This document shows, piece by piece, positions 46,316 through 59,461 of a stretch of 64,000 bases of DNA (position 1 is its first letter; every line of letters begins with the position of its first letter). The translations under genes were made by a program, and so were the position numbers. A model generated the notes under the pieces. That model searched no databases. It saw only the letters and a program-made list of their open reading frames with translations, and was not told where the DNA came from. The stretch is from the human T2T-CHM13v2.0 reference genome, Homo sapiens, in NCBI RefSeq assembly GCF_009914755.1, contig NC_060930.1; one strand, 5' to 3'.

Positions 46316-47316
46316 ATTTATGTATTTATGTACATATATAAGGTAGGGAATATATATATATGTATTAGGTAGGGAATATATATATATATATATATATCTT
46401 CTAGAGCATTTACAAAGTTAGTAATCAATATAATTTAGAAAAGCTAAAATATTAAACCACAATGCCATGAAGTGATTAATCGACTTATTCGTAAGTGTCT
46501 AATCTGTGATGTGTATCATTTGTGTACATAGGATTAATTATAAATAAAAAATTACTACAGTCCTAGAGGTGTTTATGCTTAATAAGTGAGAAAATATTCA
46601 TATTGGATTGGAGAAAATAAATGTTATAAAGCCTTAAAATTCTCATTTTTATTAAAAGTATATACATGTATTTTTAATAAAAGCATACACACACCACAGA
46701 CATACTATGCTTAAAGAGGAATTTTGTATATGTTCCAATAAGTCAACAAAAATAATCATTGTCAAATTTGTATTGTATTTAGTTTTCAAAATTTTTTTCA
46801 CATTTGTATTTGGAGATACAACTGAGAATAGCCTCCCATTTCTCAGGGAACTTACATTCTAATAAGGAACAACCAACTGAGTTTATATTTTCTTCCCATT
46901 TTAACCAAAGCATTAGTTTTTAGGTTTTCATTGATTCATGTCCCTTTTTGTAAATAAAAGTTTAGAACAACCCAAATTAATTTTGTTAATTAGCCAGATG
47001 TAATCAAGTCAAATAAAGGGCCTTTTAATAACTGAACACTTGACTTTGGGTAGCACAAATTAAGAAATAGCTAATGCTTATTTTTCTGAGTACATTAAGT
47101 GAAATTACGACTTCACATTTGGCATGTGTATACCCATATACTGAGTAAAATAAGTTGTTAAATATTATGAATTATTTTTCCCCTTTGCATACATAATATG
47201 ACAATGAAATCATATAAAAGGTAAATATGCACTTTGAAGAAAAGCATTGACATGTATCTTTTTTAAAAGTCCATCAATTGTAACGTAAGGTTTTGTTGTT
47301 TTGACTTTCATCCTAG

Positions 47317-47432
47317 GTGAAATTTATCCCAAGATGTACCACATCTGTTTCTTTCTGGTGACATACATGGCACCACTGTGTCTCATGGTGTTGGCTTATC
47401 TGCAAATATTTCGCAAACTCTGGTGTCGACAG
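47317..47432 (+). CDS. HCRTR2: HCRTR2 coding exon 4 (116 bp; G216-Q254; TM5)
   Basis: tcctAG acceptor at 47315-16, CAG|GTATAT donor. Translates (G)EIYPKMYHICFFLVTYMAPLCLMVLAYLQIFRKLWCRQ, in frame with exons 3 and 5. Confidence 0.98.
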
Positions 47433-48916
47433 GTATATAGTTTCAAATATTTTGCGTGCATTATTCCTCCACACATAATTTGTTATTTGTTATTCCTTCC
47501 AAATATTTTGTCTGTGCTTTTTTTTTAGGATGCACTTATAAACAAAATTTAAGAATGCATTGAACCAATATAACATGTTCATAAAAGTATTATATTGTGT
47601 GTTCTTTTAAAGTAATGAGAACCCAGACATAGAAATATGTCTAGGCATTTTTAGAGTAATATTCAGGAAATGTATTTTATAAACTGATTAAGTACTTTAC
47701 ATTTTAAATAAAATTTAACATCTGTGATTAATTGTCTTTTGTCTAGGAATAACACTAATTTCGCTTTCTATGAGAAATAGCAAATAAAAATTCCTTTAGA
47801 GATTTTTGAGACTCTAAGTCTGAAAGGTTATATTTGTAATCAGATTTATTTAAAACATTGGAACATATAGGTTAAATCTCCAACTTCAAAGATCTTATTT
47901 TTTAGAATATTATAAGAATCAGGCAGAATGTATAATTTTAAAAACTGTATATAATGCTGATTTGGGGTTACTACACTTTGTTAGATAATTCTGCTGTATC
48001 AGTGAATGTTTGTATTCATTCACTCAGTTATTCATTCCTGAAATACATATCATGAACTTTTCACATACATGTCTCACACAAAAGCTAAAAATTCTACTTT
48101 TTGCCATTGAGGAATTCATAGTCTAGAGGAGGGGCATCATCAGATGCAGGGCGAAAATTACTTTAAATATAAGCACAGAGAATCAGAGCAAAATGTACTA
48201 AAACCATATCTAATACAGGAAAGGTAACATTTAACTTAAACCTTGATGATTTGAAGGATATTACCAACAAACACATTTAGTGGTTTGTAAGATAGAGACA
48301 AAAAGGATATGGCTCAGTCTCTCCCATTTTGTAAAATGTATCTTAAAATGCCACAATTCTTAGAGATGTATTTCTCTCGTTCTCTAAACTTACTGCCGAT
48401 ACTTACTTTATCAGGCTTGTGGAAGGACATGCCATTAGTCTGTTTTCTCTGACACATTTTATCCAACTGAAAAGATTTACTGGAGTCACCTTAATTCATT
48501 AAAAAGATTTCACAAACACTTTATTTGGTCTTTGAGGATGTGTCTTTGTTTTTTTAATCAACACTTGTTATTCAAAGCATTTTTCAAGATCATCTTTCAC
48601 TGACTGGATATGAGCAACACTCATTTTTTTTAACACTATATGGCTCATAATTTCAATATTTTCTCTTTTCCTCTGCTATTACAAAGAAGTCATTTCTTTT
48701 ATGACCTTACAAGTGAAACCAGTAGCAACATTTATTAACATTTTGTTTCCCATCATTTTTTACTATAAAAACTAATGTGGACCACTATAAAATATGAGTG
48801 GTGATTTTCTAGATGTTGGTGACAGTTTTCTCAGCACTCTCCACCTCCCTATGAAGCCAATGCTTATATTTTAGGGTGTTTGTTACTGCAGCATCCTGCT
48901 TCCTAGTACCTATTAT

Positions 48917-49325
48917 TGTATCTGTCAGGTTTTGCTAGGTTATTATTCTTCTATTAAAAAATGTGGTTTGCAACAACAGTTCTGTTTCACTCCTATTACA
49001 GGTCAGTGGGGAGGGCTGGCTGGGGCACTGTGCTCCATTTGTTTTCTCATTCCAGAACCTAGTCTGAAGAAATGGCACTTTCTGGGACATGGCATTCTGA
49101 GACTGAGAGAAAAAGAAAACTGGAAGAAAAGTATATTTTCTTTTAATGTCTTTTATGAACCGGCATGTGTTACATCTCACTTTTCATTGGCTAAAACAAG
49201 TCACGTGGTTAAACTTGATCATGAAGAGGGGACACATTCTTCTCTGACAGAAAGACATCACACATCACAGGGTAATGGGGAGCTTCCTACAAGCTGGGGA
49301 TGAATGATCTGGAATGATACACTAT
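48917..49325 (-). mobile_element. Old MaLR LTR (MLT1J/K-like)
   Basis: catctcacttttcattggctaaaacaagtcacgtggttaaact matches the MLT1J/K motif. Confidence 0.6.
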
Positions 49326-49489
49326 ACAGAAGTCAAAAACACAAGGGCCAGACTGCATGAATTTAAATCCTGACTCCACCAAGTAGTAGTGACATGAATT
49401 TTGTAAATGGCTTAAATTTTTGTGACTCCCTTTATTAACTTTAAAATGGGGTTGTATAGCATCTTCCTCATAGGTTTGGTACATGCATT

Positions 49490-49688
49490 CAGGTGTGTCC
49501 AAGGGAGAGAACACCGTCGTGGGTTCTCAGTTTCTATTTCTATTTGGGCCAGTAAAACCCCTTCCTATCCCTCTTTTCTGCTTATTACTAGAGACAGAAA
49601 CTAAAAACCAGGGCTTCAGGCTGCTAAAAGCCTAAAACAAAACAAAACAAAACTACAACAACAAAATAAGGTGGGTTGGACAAGCTTG
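49490..49688 (+). mobile_element. hAT-Charlie MITE (MER30B-like) inserted in a MIR
   Basis: Termini CAGGTGTGTCCAA...TTGGACAAGCTTG are MER30-family ends; ~200 bp; MIR core upstream at ~49335-49480. No clean 8-bp TSD seen. Confidence 0.75.
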
Positions 49689-52418
49689 CTTAGATGAATT
49701 AACTCAAGTGCCTAAATATAGACAGTGCTCATTAAACAAAATATCTTAATGGATGTTGTTTAATAATGGCCTCTCAACTAATTGTACTTACATTTAAATA
49801 GCAAGCATGTGTTGAATTGGTATATGTGACTATTTTTTAAAAAATGCACATTGAAATACCAGTATGGTGCTTCTTATTTGTCTGGTTCTTCTACTCTACT
49901 AAGATAAAGATAGTCTCGCTGTCATCTTTGTATCCCTATAAATAGCACATGCTCAGCACACATCAGTTGCTTTTTTCATAAGAACAAAGTGAGTAGAATA
50001 GGAGAAAGTGCTGGGAAAGTTTAGAGAGGACATAGAGAATCTATTGCCCAGTTACTCCGATAAACATTTGTAGAAATGGATTAGAATCTGAAAAATTTCT
50101 TGAAGGGGAAAAAGCAATTAATGAGCATGTAGGAATAAAGATATTTTAGATTTAGATTCAGATTTTGTTGGGGAATGTTCAGTGTTAAGATTATCCCCTA
50201 TTTCCTTATTTTTACTAGTTAGTGTGCATTGTATAAAAGGTATGCTTATAATTTCTTATTCATTTATTTACAAATTGACATACCTTTAAAACTCTTTCAA
50301 GGTTGCAATGTATCTGTCTTGTTACTTTTACATGGTAAAACTTTACCATGATACCATGGTTACCCTAAAGTTTACATGGTACCATCAGAGAAAATGTTTT
50401 AAAAAGTTTGTTAAATGAATGAGTGACACCAAAATCCAAACATTTTAATTTTCCACCATTTAAGCATATAGTTTGACATTTCCCAAACTCTAAAATAAAT
50501 TTTAAAATAAATTGCATCACAGATTCATAAATAATCCACATTCTTTTCATGAATTATCCTCATTAGTACAAGCCACATGATTCAGAAGATTTGCAGTAAA
50601 ATGCTTGGGCTGTGAAACTAAAGTCATTTACAAAACAGATTGGAATGGAAAATACCAAGTTCAGCTGAACTCACTTTAGCAGCCACAATAAAGTGAATTA
50701 ACCCCAAATGCGTGATTACATAGAATTCTGCTTGAGCAACTCTCAATTTCCAACTGTTAGTGTCTATAAACAAAGTTGTAAGGCATTATGCGTGCCATAG
50801 GCTACATCAAGTGAGCCATCAAATGAAGAGCTTGTCCTATTTGCTTAAAATTACAGAGATGCATGAAATCTGTTATGTACTTTTGAATTAGTAAGTGTAA
50901 GATTATTAGTGAGCAAATTGTGTGTCCTTGTCTGACTTTCTCAAGAAGTTTAAGCCTCATTAAAAGAATTAGCTAATGCATTGCTGTGAACTACTTAAAT
51001 TCTCTCTCTCTCTGTTTTTTTTTTTTTTTTTGGCAATTCGACTCAGAGTACTCAGGAAATTCTACAGATTATTTGCTAAAACTTATTTTTTTAAAGAACT
51101 TAGCTTGCTTGACTCTTTCATTTATCTGTCAGCATTTTTTCTAGTTCAGACCCTTCATATAATTCAACACTAAATCTTAATCGTCATGTGCTTGTGTTAA
51201 TTTATTTCACATTTATTAAGCACGTACTCTGTGTCAGCTATGGTGTGAGGTACTGAGGATGGACTGTAATAGATATTTGGGTCTGAAACTATAGTTCAGC
51301 TTTTCAGGGCCTTTGAAAGACCTTCTTGTTCCCAGCTCTTATCACAAAGTTTTCTGCTGCTCTTTATTCAGCACTCTTCTAAGGGAACTTAAGATAAATA
51401 ATATTTGATGATGACAAATCAGTCTAGTGTGAGAAAATAGGCAGCAAACAAATTACAATTGCAGGGGCAGAATCAGGAAGGCAGTAACTCGAGTCCATAC
51501 AAAAAAAAATAAGGAGCACCAGTAAAGGTAACTACATAGGTAAATACTGTAGACAGAATAAACATATTTATCTTCTGTTATCTGATGTAAAGAACAACTG
51601 CATAAAATAATAGCTATAAAATTGTGAAGATTCACCTTATAATGTATACAGATGTAGTTCAAAAAAGGAGGAGGAAATGGAGCTGTATTGGAGCAAATTT
51701 GTTTTATACTATTGAAATTACATTGGCATAATCTAAGCAGCTTGTTTAGATTAAGTTGCTAATTTTAATTCCTGGTGTAACCACTAAGAAAATAATTTTT
51801 TGAAGAATGTAGAAATATAGGTAAAGTAACAAAAGAATTAAAATAGTATACAGAAAATATTTAACACAAAATAAAGCAGTAGTGAGGAAATAGAGGAAGA
51901 CAAGAGATACAATATATATAAGTCACAAATAGTAAAATGGCAGATATATATTATATTTTCTTAATAATTAGATTAAATGTAAATGGATACAATACTTCAA
52001 TCAAAGGGCATAGATTGACATAATAGATAAAAACCAACCAATAATTTAAAAAAACCCATGATCCAACTTTATGCTGTCTACAAGAGACATACCTTGTATT
52101 CAGATATACAAATAGGTTAAATGTAAAATAACAGAAGTAGTACTAAAATAATCACAAAAAGGGAGTTAATGTGGTTATACTAAAATTAGACAAAATAAAT
52201 TTTAACAAAATATTACTATACATAGAGAGGGACATTTCATAATGATGATGGAGTTGATCCATCAGGAAGATATAAAAGTTGTAAACATACATGCATTTAG
52301 CCACTGAAACCCAAAATATACCAAGCAAAAAGTAGTAGAATTAAGGAGACAAGTAGGCAGCTAGACAATTATAGTTGAAAATGTTAATACTCACTTGTAG
52401 TAATGGATAGAAAACACA

Positions 52419-52722
<304 letters not shown>

Positions 52723-53287
52723 AAGAAAAAACAGGCAGAATAGCAACAAGGAAATAAAAGATTTAAACAAACTATGAAACCACTGGGCTTAACAGATATT
52801 TTAGAACACTCCACCAAAAACAGAAGAATGCATATTTATCCCATTTGCACATAAAACATTTTCCAGGTTTTCTGACTAAAGTCAGAAACAAGACAAGTAT
52901 GTCTGCTACAACCATTTTCATTCAATGTTGAACAGAACTGATTCTTTTCAGGGCAAACAGGCAAGAGATAATATTAACAATAATAAAAAATAAAAGGCAT
53001 GACGATCACAAAATAAGAGGTAAACTATTTCTACTTGTAGGTTATGTGATATTTTATATAGAAAATCCTAACGAATTATTTTGCAAAAAAATACATTAGA
53101 ACAAATAAATGAGTTCAGCTAGTTTTCAGGATGAAAGATTAATATATATACAAAAATCAATTTCATTTTTATACATTAGCAAATAAAAATTTAAAATGAA
53201 ATTAACAAAAAATAATTTAAATAGCATCAAAATTAATCAAATACCTAGAAGTAGATTTAATAAAAGAAGCTTAATAAGAGACTTCAT

Positions 53288-53585
53288 CCAGGCTTGATTG
53301 CTTATGCCTGTAATCTCAACACTTTTGGGAGACTGAGGCGGGAGGATCACATGAGGCCAGGAGATCAAGACCAGCATAGTCAACGTGGTGAAACCATGTT
53401 TCTACTAAAAACACAAAAATGAGCCAGGCATGGTGGTGCAGTGCAAGACTATAATCCCAGCTACTCAGGAAGCTGAGGCATGAGAATCATTTGAGCCTCA
53501 GAGGTGGAGGCTGCAGTGAGCTAAGACTGCACCACTGCACTCCAGCCTGTGTGGCAGAGTTAGACTCTTGTCAAAACAAAAAAAA
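53288..53585 (+). mobile_element. Diverged Alu (J/old S)
   Basis: Full dimer with many CpG-decay changes. Confidence 0.88.
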
Positions 53586-54099
53586 TTCTTCAGCATAAAC
53601 ATGTATATTTAGGGAATGTCCAGAAATTATAGAGACATGGATTCCATGCAGCAGTTATAATTCCCTAAAAAGAGAATTATGAATTCACTGTATTGCTGAG
53701 GATTCTAACATAACCACCAAAGATCCAGGGAGAAAATTACCCTATTTTTGTATTTAAAAAGATGCATTTATTAAATGATGTGGTACTAGTCTCTATATAG
53801 GCAACAAAAATAATGAAAAGGAAATAGCTCTGGATTATTAAAAATAAATAGTCTGTTAATCAAATCAATTAAATAGATAATGTTCCTTCAACATTTTCAA
53901 GTCCTATACATGAATATCATTTACAATCATAATTATTAGCAACTTCAATGAGTAGGCCACAGTTATACAAGTTTCTTGAGTCAGTTTGGAACTATTTCCA
54001 TTCAAGCAACATATAGTCCATTTCTGTAACATTTTGTTCTCCATCATTATATTCAGTCTCAGAAAGGTTACCAACACAGTCCTTGAATCACATGTAGTA

Positions 54100-54456
54100 C
54101 AGGTTAAGCATCTCTAATCCCAAAACCTAAAATTCTAGCTGCTCTAAAATCCCAAACTTTTGAGAGCTAACATGATGCCAGAAGTGGAAAAGTCCCCTGC
54201 TATCTCATGTGACAGGTCGTGTCAAAAGTCAACAAAAACTTTGTTTCATGCCCAAAATTATTAAAAATGTTATATAAATTTGTTTAAAGACTATTTGTAT
54301 TGGGTGTTTATAAAATGTAAGTAAGTTTTGGGTTTAGACTTAAGTCACATCTACAAGATATCTTTTTATGTATATGAAAATAATCCAAAATCCAAAAAAA
54401 CTCACATCTGAAACACTTTTGGTCTCAAGAATTTCAGATAAGGGATATTCAATCGG
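54100..54456 (+). mobile_element. Tigger4b-like (TcMar-Tigger) MITE
   Basis: TIRs CAGGTTAAGCATCTCT / AGGGATATTCAATCGG, flanked by TA at 54098-99 and 54457-58; ~357 bp. Confidence 0.85.
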
Positions 54457-57400
54457 TACACAACATATACACCTACAATTACAAAATATCATTGAAAAAA
54501 CTTAAAGAAGGACTACCTAAATTAAAAGATATTCTGTGTTTATGGATTGGAAGATTCAATCTTGTTAAAATAGAAATAATCTTCAAATTAATCCATGAAT
54601 TCAATACAATTCCTATGAAAATCCCAGATGGCTTTGTATTTTGGACACAAATTGACAAACTGATCCTAATATTAATGTGGAAATGCAAGGGATAGAGAAG
54701 AGCCAAAATAATCTTGAAAAAGAAATGGAAAACTTACTTCCTAATGTCAAATCTTAACAAAAAGCCACAGTAACTAAGACGGTGTGGTACTTCCATACAG
54801 TTAGTCATATAGATCAGTGGAATAGAATTCATGGTCCAGAAATAAACTCATATTTATGATTAATTGAGTATTGATAAAGGTTTTAACACAGTTCAATGGC
54901 AAAAATCATAGTCCTGACAACAAATGGTGTTAAGACAATTGTATATCCACAAGCAAAAGGATGGAGTTGAACCTCACCTCACACCACATTCAAAACTTAA
55001 CTCAAAATGAATCATAGATTTATATGTAAGAGCTAATCTCTTAGAAGAAAACACAGAAGAAAATCATCATGACCTTGGCTTAACCAATAGGTTCTAAATA
55101 TGACACCAAAACCAAAAGCAACAAATGACAATGTAGATACATTAGACATTATCAAAACAAAAACTTTTGTGCTTCAAACTGCACCATTAAAAACGTTAAA
55201 AGTCAGCCCATATAAATGCAGAAAATATTTGCAAATCATATATGTGTTAAGGAATTTGTATCCAGAATATACAAAGAACTCTTATGAATTAATAATTTAA
55301 AAAAATTACAAGTAGGCAAAGACTTGAATAAACAATTCTGCAAAGAAGATATACAAATGGTCAATAAGCACATAAGAAGGTGCTTAACATCATTACTCAT
55401 TAGAGAAATATTAATCAAAATCATGAGAAACCTATTCACACTCAACAGGATAGATTTGTTTTAAAAGGCTGTAATCATTATTGGTAAGGATGTGGAGTAA
55501 TTGGAATCCTTCTACATTGTTGGTGGGAATGCAAAACGATGTAACTGCTTTGGAAAACAGTTTGGTAGTTCCTTAAAATCTTAGAGAATTACCACATTAC
55601 CCACTAATTCAATCTCTAGTTATAGACCCAGAGAACTGAAGACATGTTTACACAAAAACTTACACATGAATGTTCATAACAGCATATAATTCATAGTAGC
55701 CAAAAAGTGGAAACAACCCAAATGTTATCAATGAGTAAATGGAATAACTCATTGTTCTATATGCAAGCAATAAAATATTATTCAGCTACTAAAAGAAATG
55801 AAGCACTGATATATGCCACAAGATTGATGAATCTTGAAAACATACTAAGTGAAAGAAGCCAGGCACAGAAGGCCACATATTACATAATTCTATTTGCATG
55901 AAAATGTTGAGAATAGGCAAATATATAGAGCCAAAATAATTTGTCCTTGGCACGGGCTGGCAGAATGGGACAATGAGAAGTGACTGCTAATGGATTTGGA
56001 GCCTCATTTGGAGGTGATGAAAATGTTCTAGATTAGTTAGTGATGATGTGATAGTTGCACAACTCTGTGAATATTCTAAAAATCATTTTTTGAACCCCTT
56101 AAAGCAGTGAGGTTTATGGTATGTGAATTATATCGCAATAAAATGTTTTCTTTTAAAAAGAAAGAACAAAAATGATGGGATATTTTAAAATTTTAAAAAT
56201 TGAAGACTTTTTTTTTTTTTAGAAAGTTCTGCTGCTGAAACCACAGGGAAGCAAAAAAGGTTGAACACACAATTTGACATGTTAATGTAATGAGAGACTA
56301 TAATAGGAATTATCCACGGGTTGTTTTATCTGTACTTTCTGACTAAAGTTTTTTTCCGTACTTCTATAGACTTTAAAATGGTCCATAGATGTGCAAAAAA
56401 TGAGAGAACCTATTCCATGAAACCATATATCAAGTCCCAGAGAGCAGAGGGAAAACCTTTTTTTTTTTTTTTTTTTGCAAAGAAGAAGTCATAGACTGTG
56501 TGAAAGAATAATGTTGCGAGACAACAGATCTGGAGTTGGACAGGGGCAGGAGGCATAGTGAGAAGATCAGTTATTGCAGTTGTCATCCATAAGGGCCATC
56601 TGTACACTCTGAAAGTGGAGCTATTCATAGTGAGAATGATGTTAAGAAAAGGAACAAATAAAATTACAGTCCTCGTTATAAGAATTTAGCATGCAAATCT
56701 TATCAGAGCAGTACTGAGGTAAACAAAAAGTGTCAAGAAATCATGGGATTTAATGTGAAAAACTCCCTCAGTGTTGGAATACAGTCATCTTCATATGGTG
56801 GTGGGTGTAAGGGGCAAGGAAAATTTTCATGGTCCCTGCTGAACAGGGAAATGTAAGGGGATTATTGTTTCATAGAAGACCGCCAGTGCCTACCAAATAT
56901 CTGTTATACTCTATTATGATGAAATGGGTAATAGGTTAAGGAATACCATAAGGGGAAAGGAGACTTGTCCTACAAGTTTCTTAGCACTTAGCAAATGGAG
57001 CAGGCATTTGCTATGCATTAAAAAATAAGCATCATCCAAACTCTCAGACTCATCCAGCCACAAACTTAACTTTTTGTTCCTCCTCCTCCCAGATAAAATT
57101 CTCGACTTATTTCCATTTGTCATCTTTTTCTCACTAACCGCCACCTCCACTGATGTCTCAGCCCACTTCAGTGTAGCTTCAGCTTTCATCATTACAGTGA
57201 AACAGCTTACATGAAAGTTACCAATGATTTCTAAAGAATATATATTTTTAAAGTTTATTTATTGATCTTTTGGCAGCATTAAGCAATGTTGTTTGTGGTT
57301 TCATTGCTCATATACTTTCTTCCTACTTTGATTTGAATACTTTTTGCTTTGAATACTTACCTTTCCTTCCCTGACCAGTAAATGCCACTTTGCTAGGTCT

Positions 57401-57609
57401 CTTCACAGCTCCATGCTTTTTTTCAGGTAGTCCCTTGCCCAGGTACTTTTTAAGTGAGGTGAGTATCAAATATATATACACATCAGACTAGTCCTCTGGG
57501 ATACACACAATCACAAATACACTTAAACACTCAATGTACCTTTATTATAAATCTTGAAATGAGTTTTTATAAGTCTTGCAACCAAAGTTTAAAAAAGAAT
57601 AAATTCTTT

Positions 57610-58700
57610 TTTTAAATTGCTTTGGCTATTCCAGGTCTTTTGCACTTTCATAAAAAATTAAAATTAGTACTTTCATTTCCAGAAAAAAGACTGTCGTGGT
57701 ATTGAACGTGATTAATTGCATTAACTCTATAGATCAATTTGGGGAGAATTGCCATATTAACAATACTAAGCCTTTTAATGCATGTCCACAATGAATATAT
57801 TTATTTAGGAGTTCTTTATTATCTCTCTGCAATGTTTCATCATTTTCAGTATATATATATATATATAATGAAATATATATACTTATACATATATTTTATG
57901 AAATATATATACTTATATATATATTTTATGAAATATATATACTTATATATATATTTTATGAAATGTATGCCTAAAACACATTCTTTTGATATTGAAACTT
58001 TTAAAATTTAATTTTCCATTTATTGCTAGTATGTAGAAGTATAATTGATTTTTTTGTTTATTGATTTAATGACCTGCTCCTTGCTAAATTCTTTTATAAG
58101 TTCTAGTGGGTTTTTGGTAGATTCTTTAGGATGATCTTTGTAAGCAATAATTTCTTCTCAATAGAACCAATCTGTAGGCATTTTATTTATTTTTCTTTTC
58201 TTCTTGTATTGGCTCAAAGTCCAGTACAATGTTGAGTACGAGTGGTGAGAGAAGACTTGATTTTTTGAGTGGTAAGCCAACACTGCATTGCTAGAATAAA
58301 TCTGATTGAGCAAATGGTATTATCCTATTTATATATTGCAGGATTTAATTTGATAACATATTTTTAAAGAGATTTTTATCTCTATTCATGAAGGATATTT
58401 AGTTGTTAGCTGTCTTTTGTTGCCATATCTTTGATTACAAAGATAAATGTGACCTCATGAAATTTGTTGGAACATATTATATTTTCTGTACATTTCATTA
58501 AAAGTCTGAACAAGATTGGAATTATTTATTCTTTACTGTTTGATTGAATTCATTAATGGACCTATCTGGGCCTGGAGATTTTCTTGTAGCATAGTTTGTA
58601 AGTACAGAGTCAGTTTTGGTCATCTTTGTCTTTCAAGGGCTTTGTCCATTTCATGTAAGTTGGCAAATTCATTGTTTATTCATAATGTTTTTAATGTTTG
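57610..58700 (-). mobile_element. Old L1M ORF2 fragments, antisense
   Basis: ttgcattaactctatagatcaatttggggagaattgccatattaacaatac; ctatctgggcctggagattttc. Confidence 0.75.
57868..57964. repeat. 30-bp minisatellite, ~3.2 copies, preceded by (TA)n
   Basis: atgaaatatatatacttata(t/c)atatatttt at 57868, 57898, 57928, partial at 57958. Confidence 0.93.
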
Positions 58701-59218
58701 TAGCATGTTTGCCTCTTCCTCATAACTTTATCCTGGTCACAAACATTTTTTAAGACAGAGTAGGTTTTAAGGTCCATCATGTACATGCTATTTCCAATTC
58801 ATAACTGTGGTAATACATTTTTCAGGGTGTATTTTTGCATTAAATATGATTTATAAAGTTTATTCATAATAGTGAAATAAAAGTGGGGTGCATGTATTTT
58901 ACTTAATCCTTCTCAGTGCCTGCTTGATTGAAACCTCTGAGATTTACAATAATGTACTTTTAGGGATGCATTAAGGATTACTAGTGCATAGTTCCTGGAG
59001 CTCAGTAATGTCAGTTATTCCTCTTAATTTTATACGGAGTTTCTCTGAATTCTCCATGTCTCTAGACAGCTTATCAATGGAGAAATTTATGTGTCCTCAA
59101 AATGAATGCAGGATTCAGCATCTTCTATCCTTATTTAGATCATTATCTAAAAAGGGCATCACTACATTTTTTTTTTCCCGATTTCAGGGACCATAGCTTT
59201 CTCTTTATGAAAACTGTA

Positions 59219-59461
<243 letters not shown>

